Shown: one piece after another, positions 37,527 through 46,912 of the stretch
Layout of the letters: every line of letters starts with the position of its first letter
Numbering within the stretch: the first letter of the stretch is position 1
Assembly: GCA_902523065.1 (NCBI GenBank)
Contig: CABYXZ010000007.1
Span: forward strand, 6,802 to 70,801
From: an uncultured Marinoscillum sp.
GTDB taxonomy: Bacteria; Bacteroidota; Bacteroidia; Cytophagales; MED-G16
DNA: 64,000 bases
Direction: 5' to 3'
Translations under genes and position numbers: made by a program
The notes under the pieces: generated by a model
What the model was told of the DNA's origin: nothing
Database searches by the model: none
Seen by the model: only the letters and a program-made list of their open reading frames with translations

Positions 37527-39056
37527 TTAATCGTCAATTAGGTCGTTAGTTGTAACCTCTCCAAGAGGAATAGGTAATTTCATTATCCTTGTCTCATCAG
37601 TAATTAATGTTAGATCATACTGATTTTTATTTGGATCATTATTATGAGGTAATATGGTGTTATTAAGAAAATAATTATAACCCCTTCTTCTGTTGTTGTG
37701 AGAATCTTCACCCTCACCTAGTAACTCAAATCTATACTCTCTCATAATTGCGTCTCTGAAAGATGCCTGACCACCCTGATAACTGATGTGAGGGGTTAAC
37801 CCTACTCTATCAAGAACCTGCTCAACGTATCCCATTGCCTCAGCATCTTTAGATAACTCATTAGAAATTTCAGCAAGCATTAGTAATAAATCAGCATACC
37901 TATACATAATATAATTTTGGCTGTTATACTGAGCTGAATGACTTTTATCTTTTTCAGCAAACTTGAAAAGATATGGGTGGGATGCTCTAAAGTTATTTCT
38001 ACCAGTCGAAGGATATACTTTAACTTCTGCATTATTGTCTGCCCTCGTGTAATAGTGAAGGTAAGTACCATCAAGTCTAGGATCAGCAGGATAATTAGCA
38101 ACGTGGCTATCGTAAACGCTAGCATGAACTGAGAACCATCCAAAATGCATTCCCGTCTTATATTTCCAAGGAGTATAATTTCTTCCAAGCTGGCTATTAC
38201 TTGCTATCTCACTTAATTGATATTCAAATATCGATTCTCTGGAGTTTTCACCTGATTGTGTGAACAATTCACTGTAGTTAGGATGAAGAGAATACCTGCC
38301 TGAGTTCTTAACTTTTATTGCTTCATCATAAGCTAACTGCCAGTAATTACTTGAGCCATCTCCAAGATCTGGGTTTGTAGCAAGTGTCATATAAACTTTA
38401 GCTAAAAGCATATTAGCAGCAAACTTCAGAGGATAGCCAATACCTAGCGACTCATTCATTAATGATTCAGCTTGCTGAGCGTCACTTATGATTTGAGCGT
38501 AAACATCTTTTGCTGGAGATTTAGCTTTATGTAAATTATTATTATCCGGCAAAACAGTCCATAAAGGTATATCTCCCCATAACCTTACAAGCTGAAAATA
38601 TGAAAATGCTCTAAGGAAGTATGCATGCCCAGCAACGTTATCAAATACGGCATCGTTACCGGTAGTTGTATACTGGATTGCGCCATTACATCTTGATATA
38701 ACTGCATAATACTCACTCCACATTGCCTCTGAGTCCGCGTCGTAAGTTGGATTTAGAGAGAAAAGGTTAGCATTATTAGGGTTAGTAATTCTTTGACCTT
38801 GCTTTCCTGTTATAAACAATCCTGAAAATCCGTTAATAACAAAAATTCCTCTTTCTTTAGCATTGTATGCAGTGAGTCCAGCATATATTCCTTTAGCACT
38901 TGCCTCAGCGGTTTGAGGATCTTCATAAACGGTTTTATCAAGAAAAGGTGCAACCTCCTCAAGCTCACAAGAACTTGAAAATATTAATAAGAAAGCTAAG
39001 AAAGGTATTTTTAAATTTTTCATAGTTTGCAGTGTTATCAATTTTAAAAATTTCAT
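37527..39056 (-). CDS. susD: SusD/RagB-family outer-membrane glycan-binding lipoprotein
   Basis: 509 aa. Lipobox SSSC (alternative start MKNLKIPF at 39023), FLRAFSYFQLVRLWGDIPL and YRYADLLLMLAEI. It lies 5 nt downstream of susC. Confidence 0.9.
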   Translation of the reverse strand: MKFLKLITLQTMKNLKIPFLAFLLIFSSSCELEEVAPFLDKTVYEDPQTAEASAKGIYAGLTAYNAKERGIFVINGFSGLFITGKQGQRITNPNNANLFSLNPTYDADSEAMWSEYYAVISRCNGAIQYTTTGNDAVFDNVAGHAYFLRAFSYFQLVRLWGDIPLWTVLPDNNNLHKAKSPAKDVYAQIISDAQQAESLMNESLGIGYPLKFAANMLLAKVYMTLATNPDLGDGSSNYWQLAYDEAIKVKNSGRYSLHPNYSELFTQSGENSRESIFEYQLSEIASNSQLGRNYTPWKYKTGMHFGWFSVHASVYDSHVANYPADPRLDGTYLHYYTRADNNAEVKVYPSTGRNNFRASHPYLFKFAEKDKSHSAQYNSQNYIMYRYADLLLMLAEISNELSKDAEAMGYVEQVLDRVGLTPHISYQGGQASFRDAIMREYRFELLGEGEDSHNNRRRGYNYFLNNTILPHNNDPNKNQYDLTLITDETRIMKLPIPLGEVTTNDLIDD

Positions 39057-39061
39057 CTTGT

Positions 39062-42000
39062 TTATAAGTTAAAGTTTAGTCCAATTGTAAATTTACGAGC
39101 ACTTGGCTGGCCGTTCCAGTCTACTCCATTTCTTAATCCATCGTACAGAAAGCTTGTAACTTCTGGATTGTATCCACTATATCCTGTGAATGTGAATAGA
39201 TTTTGAGCAGAGAGATAAATATTTATTCTATCAAATTGATAGCTTAGATTAATATTACTTATCCTGAGAAAACTTCCGTCCTCAATTATCCAATCAGGCA
39301 TCGCTATCTGACCATTTGTTGTGTAACCAATTCTTGGATAGCTATTTGATGTCCTCTCTGGTCTCCAAGCATTATTATAAGCAGCAGTTGTTATGTTACT
39401 CCATGAGATACCTTCAGGTGTTGCGAGCTGCAATAAATTTCCATTTGCTATGTCATTTCCATATACCCCATTAGCTAGGACTCTTAAACTTAAATTCTTA
39501 TAAGATAGTTCTAGATTAATACCGTATACAAAATCTGGATTTGGGTTACCTATGATTGTCCTGTCCTGTAAATCTATCACTCCGTCACCATTCTGATCAA
39601 CTATCCTGTAGTCACCTGCCCAAAAAATAGGTGGATTATCATCAGAAGGATCGTAAATTCTTGCTATACCACCTCCAGGAAGAGCATCGTTAACTTGGTA
39701 TATTCCATCTGTTTCAAAGCCATAAAAAAGACTAGTCTCTTCTCCTTCAATAAATACATTAGGTGCATATTTGAATATGTTACCTCTACTGACATTATTA
39801 CCTTCGTAAAATGCCTTTTGCTGGTAAGAGCCGTTAAGTAAAATACCTGAGGCAGGAAGTCCAAGATTTTTAAGTTTAGTCTTATTAAATGCGATGTTAC
39901 CACCAACCGATAAGGTGAAATCATTGTTATCAACTAGTATTGCATTTAGGCTTGCCTCAATACCTCTATTCTCAATTTCACCTCTATTTACTTGAACATT
40001 TAAAAATCCAGATGATAAAGGTATAGGAACATTTTGAAGTAAATCTTTGGTAAGCTTACTGTAAACATCAACAGTAGCAGTTAGTCTACTCTCAAAGAAA
40101 GCAAAATCTAAACCTAAATTAACCTGCTCTGTAGTCTCCCACTTAAGGTCAGGGTTAGCAATATTCTGTAGAAATATTGGAATGTCTACACCATTATTTG
40201 CATTACCATATAAAACATTTGTGTTACTTGCGTAATTAGACAGCGTAGCGTAAGGTCTTATTCCATGGTTACCAATTTGACCCCATCCAGCCCTTAATTT
40301 TAAATCATCAAAAACATTCAAGTTATCAATGAAAGATTCTTGCACTAATCTCCAAGCAAGTGAGAAAGATGGGAAATATCCGTATCTATTTTCTTGTGAA
40401 AATTTAGAGACCCCATCAACTCTTAGTGTGGACGTTAATACATACTTATTCATGAAAGTATAGTTTGCCCTAGCTAAATAAGATATAAGTCTCGTATCTG
40501 ATGCGTCCGTAGCAAGCGGAGTTGAATTAAGCTGGCCTAAAAGAGGTTGCTGAGTTGTTAAGGCAGTAGTAACAAAATCCTCGACAGCAAATATTTTAGT
40601 ATCGACATCTCTCGAGTCCCAAGTCACACCAGCAACTGCATTTAATCTATGCTTTCTATTAAAAGATCTATTAAATCTAAGAAGATTATTTACCTGGTAG
40701 GACTTCGTGTTGAGATTAGAAATCTGAAGGGCACCGTTAGCAGCTTTTCCTTGGAAGGTATTTAATCCCCAGAACCTTCTTCTCTCCTTACTTCTCATAT
40801 TTCCACCAGCTCTCAATTCATACTTAAGACCTTTAACTGGTAAGTCATATGTCAATGTAACTGAACCAATAAATCTACTCTCCTCAGATTTATCTTCAAA
40901 ATCTTCTACCCAACCTAATGGGGTTGTGGTGTTTAGCGCGTTCCCGTATTCCTCCATCTCGTCATTGGTGATAGGAACATTTGCTAATGTACTTCTTACA
41001 GCACTTTGATTTGCACCAATCAAGTCACCTGACTCAGCAAAGTCTAAATTGCTATAAAATCCACTAAACCTTGCGTCTACTTTTAATTTATCTGTAATCT
41101 TTTTATCGAAATTATATCTTATATCTCCACTTTGAAATCTTGAGTTCTCAACAAGTCCTTTCTGATCTGTATAACCAAATGATAAGTAATAACTTCCTTC
41201 GCTATCTCCTCCAGATACCGATCCACCAAAATTATAGTGCTCACTAATATTGTAGATTTCATCCTGCCAGTCATGTAAAACAGCAGGAGTCGAAGCCAAA
41301 GTTCCCCCTTCAAGTATTGGATAAACCTTATCTCCGTCAATGTGATACCTCACATTATTGTAGTTCATTGCCTGAACTTCATTCTGATATCTTGCAAAAT
41401 CTAATCCACTCAAAACATCGTATCTCTGATCCTCCATCATTCTGACACCCGAGTTTACAAATAAATCAATTTTTCTTTTTCCGGTAAGTCCTTTTTTCGT
41501 TGTTATCAAAACAACTCCATTAGCTCCTCTAGATCCATAGATAGCTGTTGCAGATGCATCCTTAAGAACTTCAATACTTTCAATATCACGAGGGTTTAAC
41601 CCATTAAGTCCGTTCTGTACTTCTTGACCTGAGTTACCAATTCCACCAGCTGGATTTACATCCTCTCCTGCAGATGAGATGATGACTCCATCAACAACAT
41701 ATAGTGGTTCGTTGTTTCCTCTAAGGCTATTGGTACCTCTAATTCTTACACTGATACCTGAACCTGGGGACCCTGAGTTCTGTGTTACTTGGACACCAGC
41801 AGCTCTTCCTTGTAATATCTGATCTACAGTAGCAAACTCTCTAGCTTCGTTCTCGGATAATTCCACTGATGATACAGCACCAGTCAGATCGCTTTTCCTA
41901 ACTGTTCCATAACCAACAACGACAACCTCTTCTAATTCCTGTAGGTCTTGGGCAAGGGTTATGTCTATAACTGATCTTGCACCTACCGATATCTCTTGAG

Positions 42001-42229
42001 TTTCAAAACCTAAGAATGAGATTCTTAAGACTGCATCTGATCCCGATACCGATATCGAAAAATTTCCATCAATATCAGTAACAACTCCATTACTTGTATT
42101 TAACTCTAGAATTGTTGCTCCTGGGATTGTTTCTCCAGTGTCATCAGTAACAGTTCCTGTTATTGTCTGCTGAGCGAAACTTAATGTAGTTGCAAATAGT
42201 GTGATAAATAAAAGGAATACTCTCATCAT
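39062..42229 (-). CDS. susC: SusC-family TonB-dependent outer-membrane transporter
   Basis: 1055 aa. N-terminal ITGTVTDDTGETIPGATILE, a plug region (VVVGYGTVRKSDLTGAV; IYGSRGANGVVLITTKKG) and a long beta-barrel. Confidence 0.92.
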   Translation of the reverse strand: MMRVFLLFITLFATTLSFAQQTITGTVTDDTGETIPGATILELNTSNGVVTDIDGNFSISVSGSDAVLRISFLGFETQEISVGARSVIDITLAQDLQELEEVVVVGYGTVRKSDLTGAVSSVELSENEAREFATVDQILQGRAAGVQVTQNSGSPGSGISVRIRGTNSLRGNNEPLYVVDGVIISSAGEDVNPAGGIGNSGQEVQNGLNGLNPRDIESIEVLKDASATAIYGSRGANGVVLITTKKGLTGKRKIDLFVNSGVRMMEDQRYDVLSGLDFARYQNEVQAMNYNNVRYHIDGDKVYPILEGGTLASTPAVLHDWQDEIYNISEHYNFGGSVSGGDSEGSYYLSFGYTDQKGLVENSRFQSGDIRYNFDKKITDKLKVDARFSGFYSNLDFAESGDLIGANQSAVRSTLANVPITNDEMEEYGNALNTTTPLGWVEDFEDKSEESRFIGSVTLTYDLPVKGLKYELRAGGNMRSKERRRFWGLNTFQGKAANGALQISNLNTKSYQVNNLLRFNRSFNRKHRLNAVAGVTWDSRDVDTKIFAVEDFVTTALTTQQPLLGQLNSTPLATDASDTRLISYLARANYTFMNKYVLTSTLRVDGVSKFSQENRYGYFPSFSLAWRLVQESFIDNLNVFDDLKLRAGWGQIGNHGIRPYATLSNYASNTNVLYGNANNGVDIPIFLQNIANPDLKWETTEQVNLGLDFAFFESRLTATVDVYSKLTKDLLQNVPIPLSSGFLNVQVNRGEIENRGIEASLNAILVDNNDFTLSVGGNIAFNKTKLKNLGLPASGILLNGSYQQKAFYEGNNVSRGNIFKYAPNVFIEGEETSLFYGFETDGIYQVNDALPGGGIARIYDPSDDNPPIFWAGDYRIVDQNGDGVIDLQDRTIIGNPNPDFVYGINLELSYKNLSLRVLANGVYGNDIANGNLLQLATPEGISWSNITTAAYNNAWRPERTSNSYPRIGYTTNGQIAMPDWIIEDGSFLRISNINLSYQFDRINIYLSAQNLFTFTGYSGYNPEVTSFLYDGLRNGVDWNGQPSARKFTIGLNFNL

Positions 42230-42352
42230 TTAGTCATTTAGTTAGTTTCAATTTGTTGACTTAGTTTGCGAAAGTCAACTAATTTTTAGCTTTAAACTAA
42301 AAATTTGATATTGAATTTATAACATATATGTTACAAAAGCAATAATTATCTC

Positions 42353-42368
42353 ATTCTGTTAACAGAAT
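42353..42368. promoter_or_regulatory. Perfect 16-bp palindrome ATTCTGTTAACAGAAT between GH43 and susC
   Basis: Read directly from the sequence. It lies 16 nt downstream of the GH43 stop and 124 nt upstream of the susC start. It could be an operator or an RNA hairpin. Confidence 0.25.
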
Positions 42369-42383
42369 CAAAATCAATTTAAA

Positions 42384-43388
42384 TTATGAATATGGATTGA
42401 TTTTTTTGATCAAGCCATTCTTGTCATAGAATATTTCGACAACTTTCATACATCTTAGGTGAGTTACCCCCTCAGAAAGAGAAGAGTCGTGGTAAAAGAG
42501 AAACCACCTCCCATTAAATTCGCATATTGAGTGATGGGTAGTCCACCCAACGACTGGATCTAGAATTTTACCAGCATAATTGAATGGTCCTTTTGGAGTG
42601 TCCCCAATGGCATAGCAGATGAAATGCGTGTCACCAGTTGAGTATGATAGGTAATATTTTTCGTTATACTTATGCACCCAGGGACCCTCGAAATACCTTC
42701 TGCTTTTGTCTCCAGCTAATAAAGGGTTTCCGTTTTCATCCTGGATAATTATTTCTTCAGGTGAAGTAGAAAAACCTCTCATGTCATCAGACAGTTCTGC
42801 TACTAATGGTCCAAAAGCAAAATCATCATCACTCCTCAATTCATTTCCGTTGCTGTAAATATTATTTCTGTATTTCTGGAGCTGGCCACCCCAAAGTCCA
42901 CCAAAGTACATATAATATTTGCCGTTATCATTAAAAACTGCAGGATCTATGGAATAGCTTCCTTCAATTGGTTTAGGGTCAGGAGTGAATGGTCCAGAGG
43001 GACTATCACCTATAGCTACCCCAATTTTAAAAATATCATTTTTATCTTTCGCTGGAAAATAAAAATAATACTTGTCACCTTTTCTAGCAATGTCCGGGGC
43101 CCACATTTGTCTTTTTGCCCAAGGTACTTCATCTATATCAAGTATCTTACCTAAATCAGTAGCAAGTTTGTCATCAGGACTTTCCATAGTGTAGGCATGA
43201 TAGTCTCTCATCCCAAAATGATCACCATTGTCGTTAAAAGGTATACCAGCATCTATGTCATGAGAAGGGTAAATATATATCTTCCCATCAAATACGTGGG
43301 CGGACGGGTCGGCAGTATATTTATCAACCACTAGAGGTTGAGACACGGCTCTTTTTCTTAAATCATTAAAATCAATATTATCTGACAT
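42384..43388 (-). CDS. GH43 beta-xylosidase / alpha-L-arabinofuranosidase
   Basis: 334 aa. The GH43 five-bladed propeller motifs are ADPSAHVFDGKIYIYPSHD, MWAPDI and YFEGPWVHKYNEKYYLSYS. There is no signal peptide, so it is probably cytoplasmic. Confidence 0.88.
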   Translation of the reverse strand: MSDNIDFNDLRKRAVSQPLVVDKYTADPSAHVFDGKIYIYPSHDIDAGIPFNDNGDHFGMRDYHAYTMESPDDKLATDLGKILDIDEVPWAKRQMWAPDIARKGDKYYFYFPAKDKNDIFKIGVAIGDSPSGPFTPDPKPIEGSYSIDPAVFNDNGKYYMYFGGLWGGQLQKYRNNIYSNGNELRSDDDFAFGPLVAELSDDMRGFSTSPEEIIIQDENGNPLLAGDKSRRYFEGPWVHKYNEKYYLSYSTGDTHFICYAIGDTPKGPFNYAGKILDPVVGWTTHHSICEFNGRWFLFYHDSSLSEGVTHLRCMKVVEIFYDKNGLIKKINPYS

Positions 43389-44813
43389 CTATCTGCTACT
43401 TTTTAAATCCAACTCTATTTTTGACTCCATCCTCTTATCTATTTGATAAAAGAAAAGAATAAAAACACAAACAAAGAAAGGAATTGATGGGAAAATACTT
43501 ATGAGCATTTTGATACCGAAAAGAGTATTCATCCCCTGATCCATACCTGCCTCATATCCATAATAACCTAGTATTGAAGCAACAAGTGCACCTCCAATAC
43601 TTAGCCCACCCTTCAAGCCAACCATCATCGCAGAAAATATTATTGCGGTAGCTCTCCTATTATTTTTCCATTCTGAATAATCTGCGACATCAGCAATCAT
43701 TGCCCAGAGCAAAGGAATAGTTAGTCCATAAAAGAAACCGTGTAAGATTTGAGATAAAAACATGAGTCTTAAATTCTCTGGATTAAAGAAATAGAATACC
43801 GCTATAAATAATGTTGAGACAAATAATGCAGACATGAATACATCTCTCTTCCCGTATTTATCTGCTAGACCCTTAGAAAAAGAAATTCCAACGATCATAA
43901 ATATGATACCGCCGGCATTGAATAATCCAAAACCAGCTGAAACAGGATCTTCACCAAAAAAGTTTAGACCGATTAAGGAGAGAAAAGATATTATTGGCTC
44001 AATAAATAAAGTAAGTGCCTCCTCATTAACATAATTTTCAAAATAGTATACGTAAGCACCACCTTTCATTGACAAAGTAATAAATAAAAATGTTGTTACG
44101 GTTAGCATGATAATCCATGGTAGATTGGACGATAAATCAGAAATGTCCTGTCTTATACTTGATCTCTGTTCAGGTTTAGGTATGATTCTTTCTTTTGTAG
44201 TAAAGAATGTTATGAGAAGCATAACAGTACCAATTATAGCAAGGTATGTCATTACCGTTTCTATACCGAGAGCTTTATCTCCATCACCAACTTTCAATAT
44301 AATTGGGTACATGAAAACCTGAACAAAAAATTGTGCTGCCATAACAGCGACAAACCTGTAAGAAGACATGCTATTCCTCTGCCTCATATCACCAGTTATG
44401 ACTCCACTTAAGGCTGAATAAGGAAGATTGTTTGCCGCATAAACAAAAAGCAGGGCAGTGTAAGTAACAACCGCATATATAAACTTGCCTTTATACGAAA
44501 AATCTGGAGTTGAAAAAGCTAATAATGAAATGATGCCAAGAGGTACCGAAGTCCATAATATCCAAGGCCTAAACTTACCCCACTTAGAATTAGTCCTATC
44601 TGCAATCGCACCTATTATAGGGTTAAATGAAAACGCAGCAATTAAACCAATTGTTAAAATTATGAAAGATGAGTCATCGGATGTGAGTCCATAGATATCT
44701 GTGTAAAAATAAGCAAGGTATGTTATGAGTGTCTGAAATACTAGATTGGCTGCTAAATCGCCTAGACTGTAACCAATTTTTTCTTTGACTGATAGTACTT
44801 GAGATTTATCCAT
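43389..44813 (-). CDS. Glycoside-pentoside-hexuronide (GPH):cation symporter, xyloside-transporter-like
   Basis: 474 aa and about 12 TM helices. The N-terminus KIGYSLGDLAANLVFQ and DRTNSKWGKFRPW are typical of the GPH/MelB/XynT family. Confidence 0.85.
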   Translation of the reverse strand: MDKSQVLSVKEKIGYSLGDLAANLVFQTLITYLAYFYTDIYGLTSDDSSFIILTIGLIAAFSFNPIIGAIADRTNSKWGKFRPWILWTSVPLGIISLLAFSTPDFSYKGKFIYAVVTYTALLFVYAANNLPYSALSGVITGDMRQRNSMSSYRFVAVMAAQFFVQVFMYPIILKVGDGDKALGIETVMTYLAIIGTVMLLITFFTTKERIIPKPEQRSSIRQDISDLSSNLPWIIMLTVTTFLFITLSMKGGAYVYYFENYVNEEALTLFIEPIISFLSLIGLNFFGEDPVSAGFGLFNAGGIIFMIVGISFSKGLADKYGKRDVFMSALFVSTLFIAVFYFFNPENLRLMFLSQILHGFFYGLTIPLLWAMIADVADYSEWKNNRRATAIIFSAMMVGLKGGLSIGGALVASILGYYGYEAGMDQGMNTLFGIKMLISIFPSIPFFVCVFILFFYQIDKRMESKIELDLKSSR

Positions 44814-44838
44814 CTAAACTAAAGATATAGTAATTAAA

Positions 44839-45984
44839 TTATTTTTCATTAAAGAGCATCATTATATCCTTGTAAGCTTTCTTAGGATTATTTTCTCTGT
44901 CAAATAGAAGTGGGTAATTAGTCCTGCCCTTGGCTGGCCAGTCATTTTTCCAACTATGACCGTCTGATAAACCCCAGAAGGTAACCCTATCTATTTTATC
45001 ATTATGCTTATCAAATAATTCAAAAATTTCACTGTATCTGTTAGAGAGCAAGTCTGAGATGCTATCAGGTAGTGATGATTTGTATGGATTAAGCTGATCA
45101 TTAGATTTAAAATTATCTGATAAGTCAGCACCTTCAATCTCCCACAAATTTGGTAAAACGTCAATATCGAGTTCTGTGAAATGAACTCTGAAACCTGCTT
45201 CATGAATTTTAAGAATACTTGTCTCTATTTCATCAATTGAGGGGTAATCCAATCCCCAGTGTGCCTGAAGGCCTATACCATCTATTCTCAATCCTCTTTC
45301 TAGAATTTTATTTGCAATCCTAATTGCTGCATCACACTTCTCAGGTTTATACATACTGAAATCATTATAGTACAGTTCAGCATTTGGGTCTATTTTATGA
45401 GCTATCTCAAAAGACTTAAATATATATTCATCTGCAGATATTTTATAAAAATCATTTTCTCTGTAGGAACCGTCATCTAAAATTGCTTCGTTTACTACGT
45501 CCCACCCCTTAATCTTACCAGAATACCTACCTGCAACAGAAGATATATGATCAAAAATATTTCTGTATAGAGTGTTATCGCTAACAAGCGAACCATCACC
45601 TTTTCTTGTAACCCAATCCGGTATTTGATTATGCCACACAAGAGTATGACCAATTAAGTCTTGATTATTTTCCTCTGATAGTTTAACAAGGAGATCAGAA
45701 ATTTTAAAATTATACTTATCTTTTTTTGGGTGAATCTCCTCCCACTTCATAATATTTTCTGCAGTCAGTGAGGAAAATTCTTTTTTAATAAGTTCATTCT
45801 CATCTTGTTTTTTCTGTCTTATCTGATTTTTATTAAGTGCTACCCCAATTTTGAACTTTGATTTGAATAACTCTTTTAGTGAGTTTTGATCTTGATCACT
45901 TGTAGTACCGTAAGTAAATAATGATGAAAAAAATATGGCGTAAATGATTTTACCGAGATGTAACATACTCAAATCTAAAATCAT
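44839..45984 (-). CDS. GH10 endo-1,4-beta-xylanase
   Basis: 381 aa. Canonical GH10 motifs are LTAENIMKWEE, GHTLVWHNQIPDW, WDVVNEA, YYNDF, GIGLQAHW and FTELDIDV. An alternative start lies at 45966 (MLHLGKIIYAIFF...). Confidence 0.9.
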   Translation of the reverse strand: MILDLSMLHLGKIIYAIFFSSLFTYGTTSDQDQNSLKELFKSKFKIGVALNKNQIRQKKQDENELIKKEFSSLTAENIMKWEEIHPKKDKYNFKISDLLVKLSEENNQDLIGHTLVWHNQIPDWVTRKGDGSLVSDNTLYRNIFDHISSVAGRYSGKIKGWDVVNEAILDDGSYRENDFYKISADEYIFKSFEIAHKIDPNAELYYNDFSMYKPEKCDAAIRIANKILERGLRIDGIGLQAHWGLDYPSIDEIETSILKIHEAGFRVHFTELDIDVLPNLWEIEGADLSDNFKSNDQLNPYKSSLPDSISDLLSNRYSEIFELFDKHNDKIDRVTFWGLSDGHSWKNDWPAKGRTNYPLLFDRENNPKKAYKDIMMLFNEK

Positions 45985-45991
45985 AAATTAA

Positions 45992-46016
45992 AAAACCCTA
46001 CTCATGATAGGGTTTT
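45992..46016 (-). terminator. Rho-independent terminator of tRNA-Val
   Basis: Stem AAAACCCTA / TAGGGTTTT (45992-46000 / 46008-46016) with a 7-nt loop, followed on the minus strand by TTAATTT. Confidence 0.6.
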
Positions 46017-46022
46017 AATTAG

Positions 46023-46097
46023 TGGGCCCTGCTGGATTCGAACCAGCGACCCCCTGCTTGTAAGGCAGGTGCTCTGAACCAACTGAGCTAAGAGCCC
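46023..46097 (-). tRNA. tRNA-Val (anticodon TAC)
   Basis: The minus-strand sequence GGGCTCTTAGCTCAGTTGGTTCAGAGCACCTGCCTTACAAGCAGGGGGTCGCTGGTTCGAATCCAGCAGGGCCCA folds by hand into a 75-nt cloverleaf. It has a 7-bp acceptor stem, the anticodon loop CTTACAA and the T-loop TTCGAAT. CCA is not encoded. Confidence 0.95.
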
Positions 46098-46108
46098 AAA
46101 GAAGTTTG

Positions 46109-46116
46109 CAAATCTA
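46109..46116 (-). promoter_or_regulatory. Bacteroidota-type -7 promoter box (TAGATTTG) for tRNA-Val
   Basis: The minus strand reads TAGATTTG, which matches the TAnnTTTG consensus, 11 nt upstream of the mature tRNA 5' end. Confidence 0.45.
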
Positions 46117-46197
46117 TGTTTATTAATTAATTAATACAAAAAGTATTTTATTGTATTGGAAACGCAGATATTAAAATTTATTAGAAATATTAAGTCG

Positions 46198-46857
46198 TTA
46201 ATCACACTCAACCAAGAAGTTTGGTCTTTTAGATTCCGGCCAATTAGCATTATCAAAAAAGGTTTTTAAATCAGTGCATTTGGTGACTTTAGAAACATCC
46301 CATCCACTTAAATCCATTTTTTCTATATATACATTATTTTCTATATTACTATACCACATAAACATTTTCGACATATCTGTAGCATTACTTACATCCCAAT
46401 TATTGATATTAATATTTACATCTCCCAATTTCATAAATAATTGCATATCTGTTACTTGAGAAACATCCCAACCGCTTAAATCTGCATTAACTGGTTCAGA
46501 AGAATAAAATATTCCTTGCATAGAAGTCCAGTTACTGACATCCCAACCCTCGATACCTTTAATTTCCTTCCCTGTTGTCAAAAATAGGCCTGCTACTGCT
46601 GATACTGAAGAAGAGGTTTCTACTTTAGTTGTAACTACTTTACTCGGATCTTTGTCATCCTCTATCCATTCCTTTAGTGAAGCTAAATCAACAGCGGTGT
46701 AAGTTACTCCGTTAAGCTCTGCTGTAGTTCCAACAGTAACCCAATCTCGAGCTTTTATTGTTACCCCGTTTTTTGCAACATAAAAGGGTGAATTATCTTC
46801 CTCTTCACAGGAGATAAATAAAAATGATAATAAAATAACTAATAATCGAAATCTCAT
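46198..46857 (-). CDS. BspA-type leucine-rich-repeat (DUF285-like) lipoprotein
   Basis: 219 aa. Lipobox FISC. Four copies of the (G/N)WDVS-x-(V/A/W)T-x-M/C repeat (GWDVSNWTSM, GWDVSQVTDM, NWDVSNATDM, GWDVSKVTKC) are characteristic of DUF285/BspA repeats. Confidence 0.7.
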   Translation of the reverse strand: MRFRLLVILLSFLFISCEEEDNSPFYVAKNGVTIKARDWVTVGTTAELNGVTYTAVDLASLKEWIEDDKDPSKVVTTKVETSSSVSAVAGLFLTTGKEIKGIEGWDVSNWTSMQGIFYSSEPVNADLSGWDVSQVTDMQLFMKLGDVNININNWDVSNATDMSKMFMWYSNIENNVYIEKMDLSGWDVSKVTKCTDLKTFFDNANWPESKRPNFLVECD

Positions 46858-46912
46858 TAATTATCAGGATAGAAGATTCTGTTTAATTTAATTACAATTA
46901 AAAAAATTGAAA

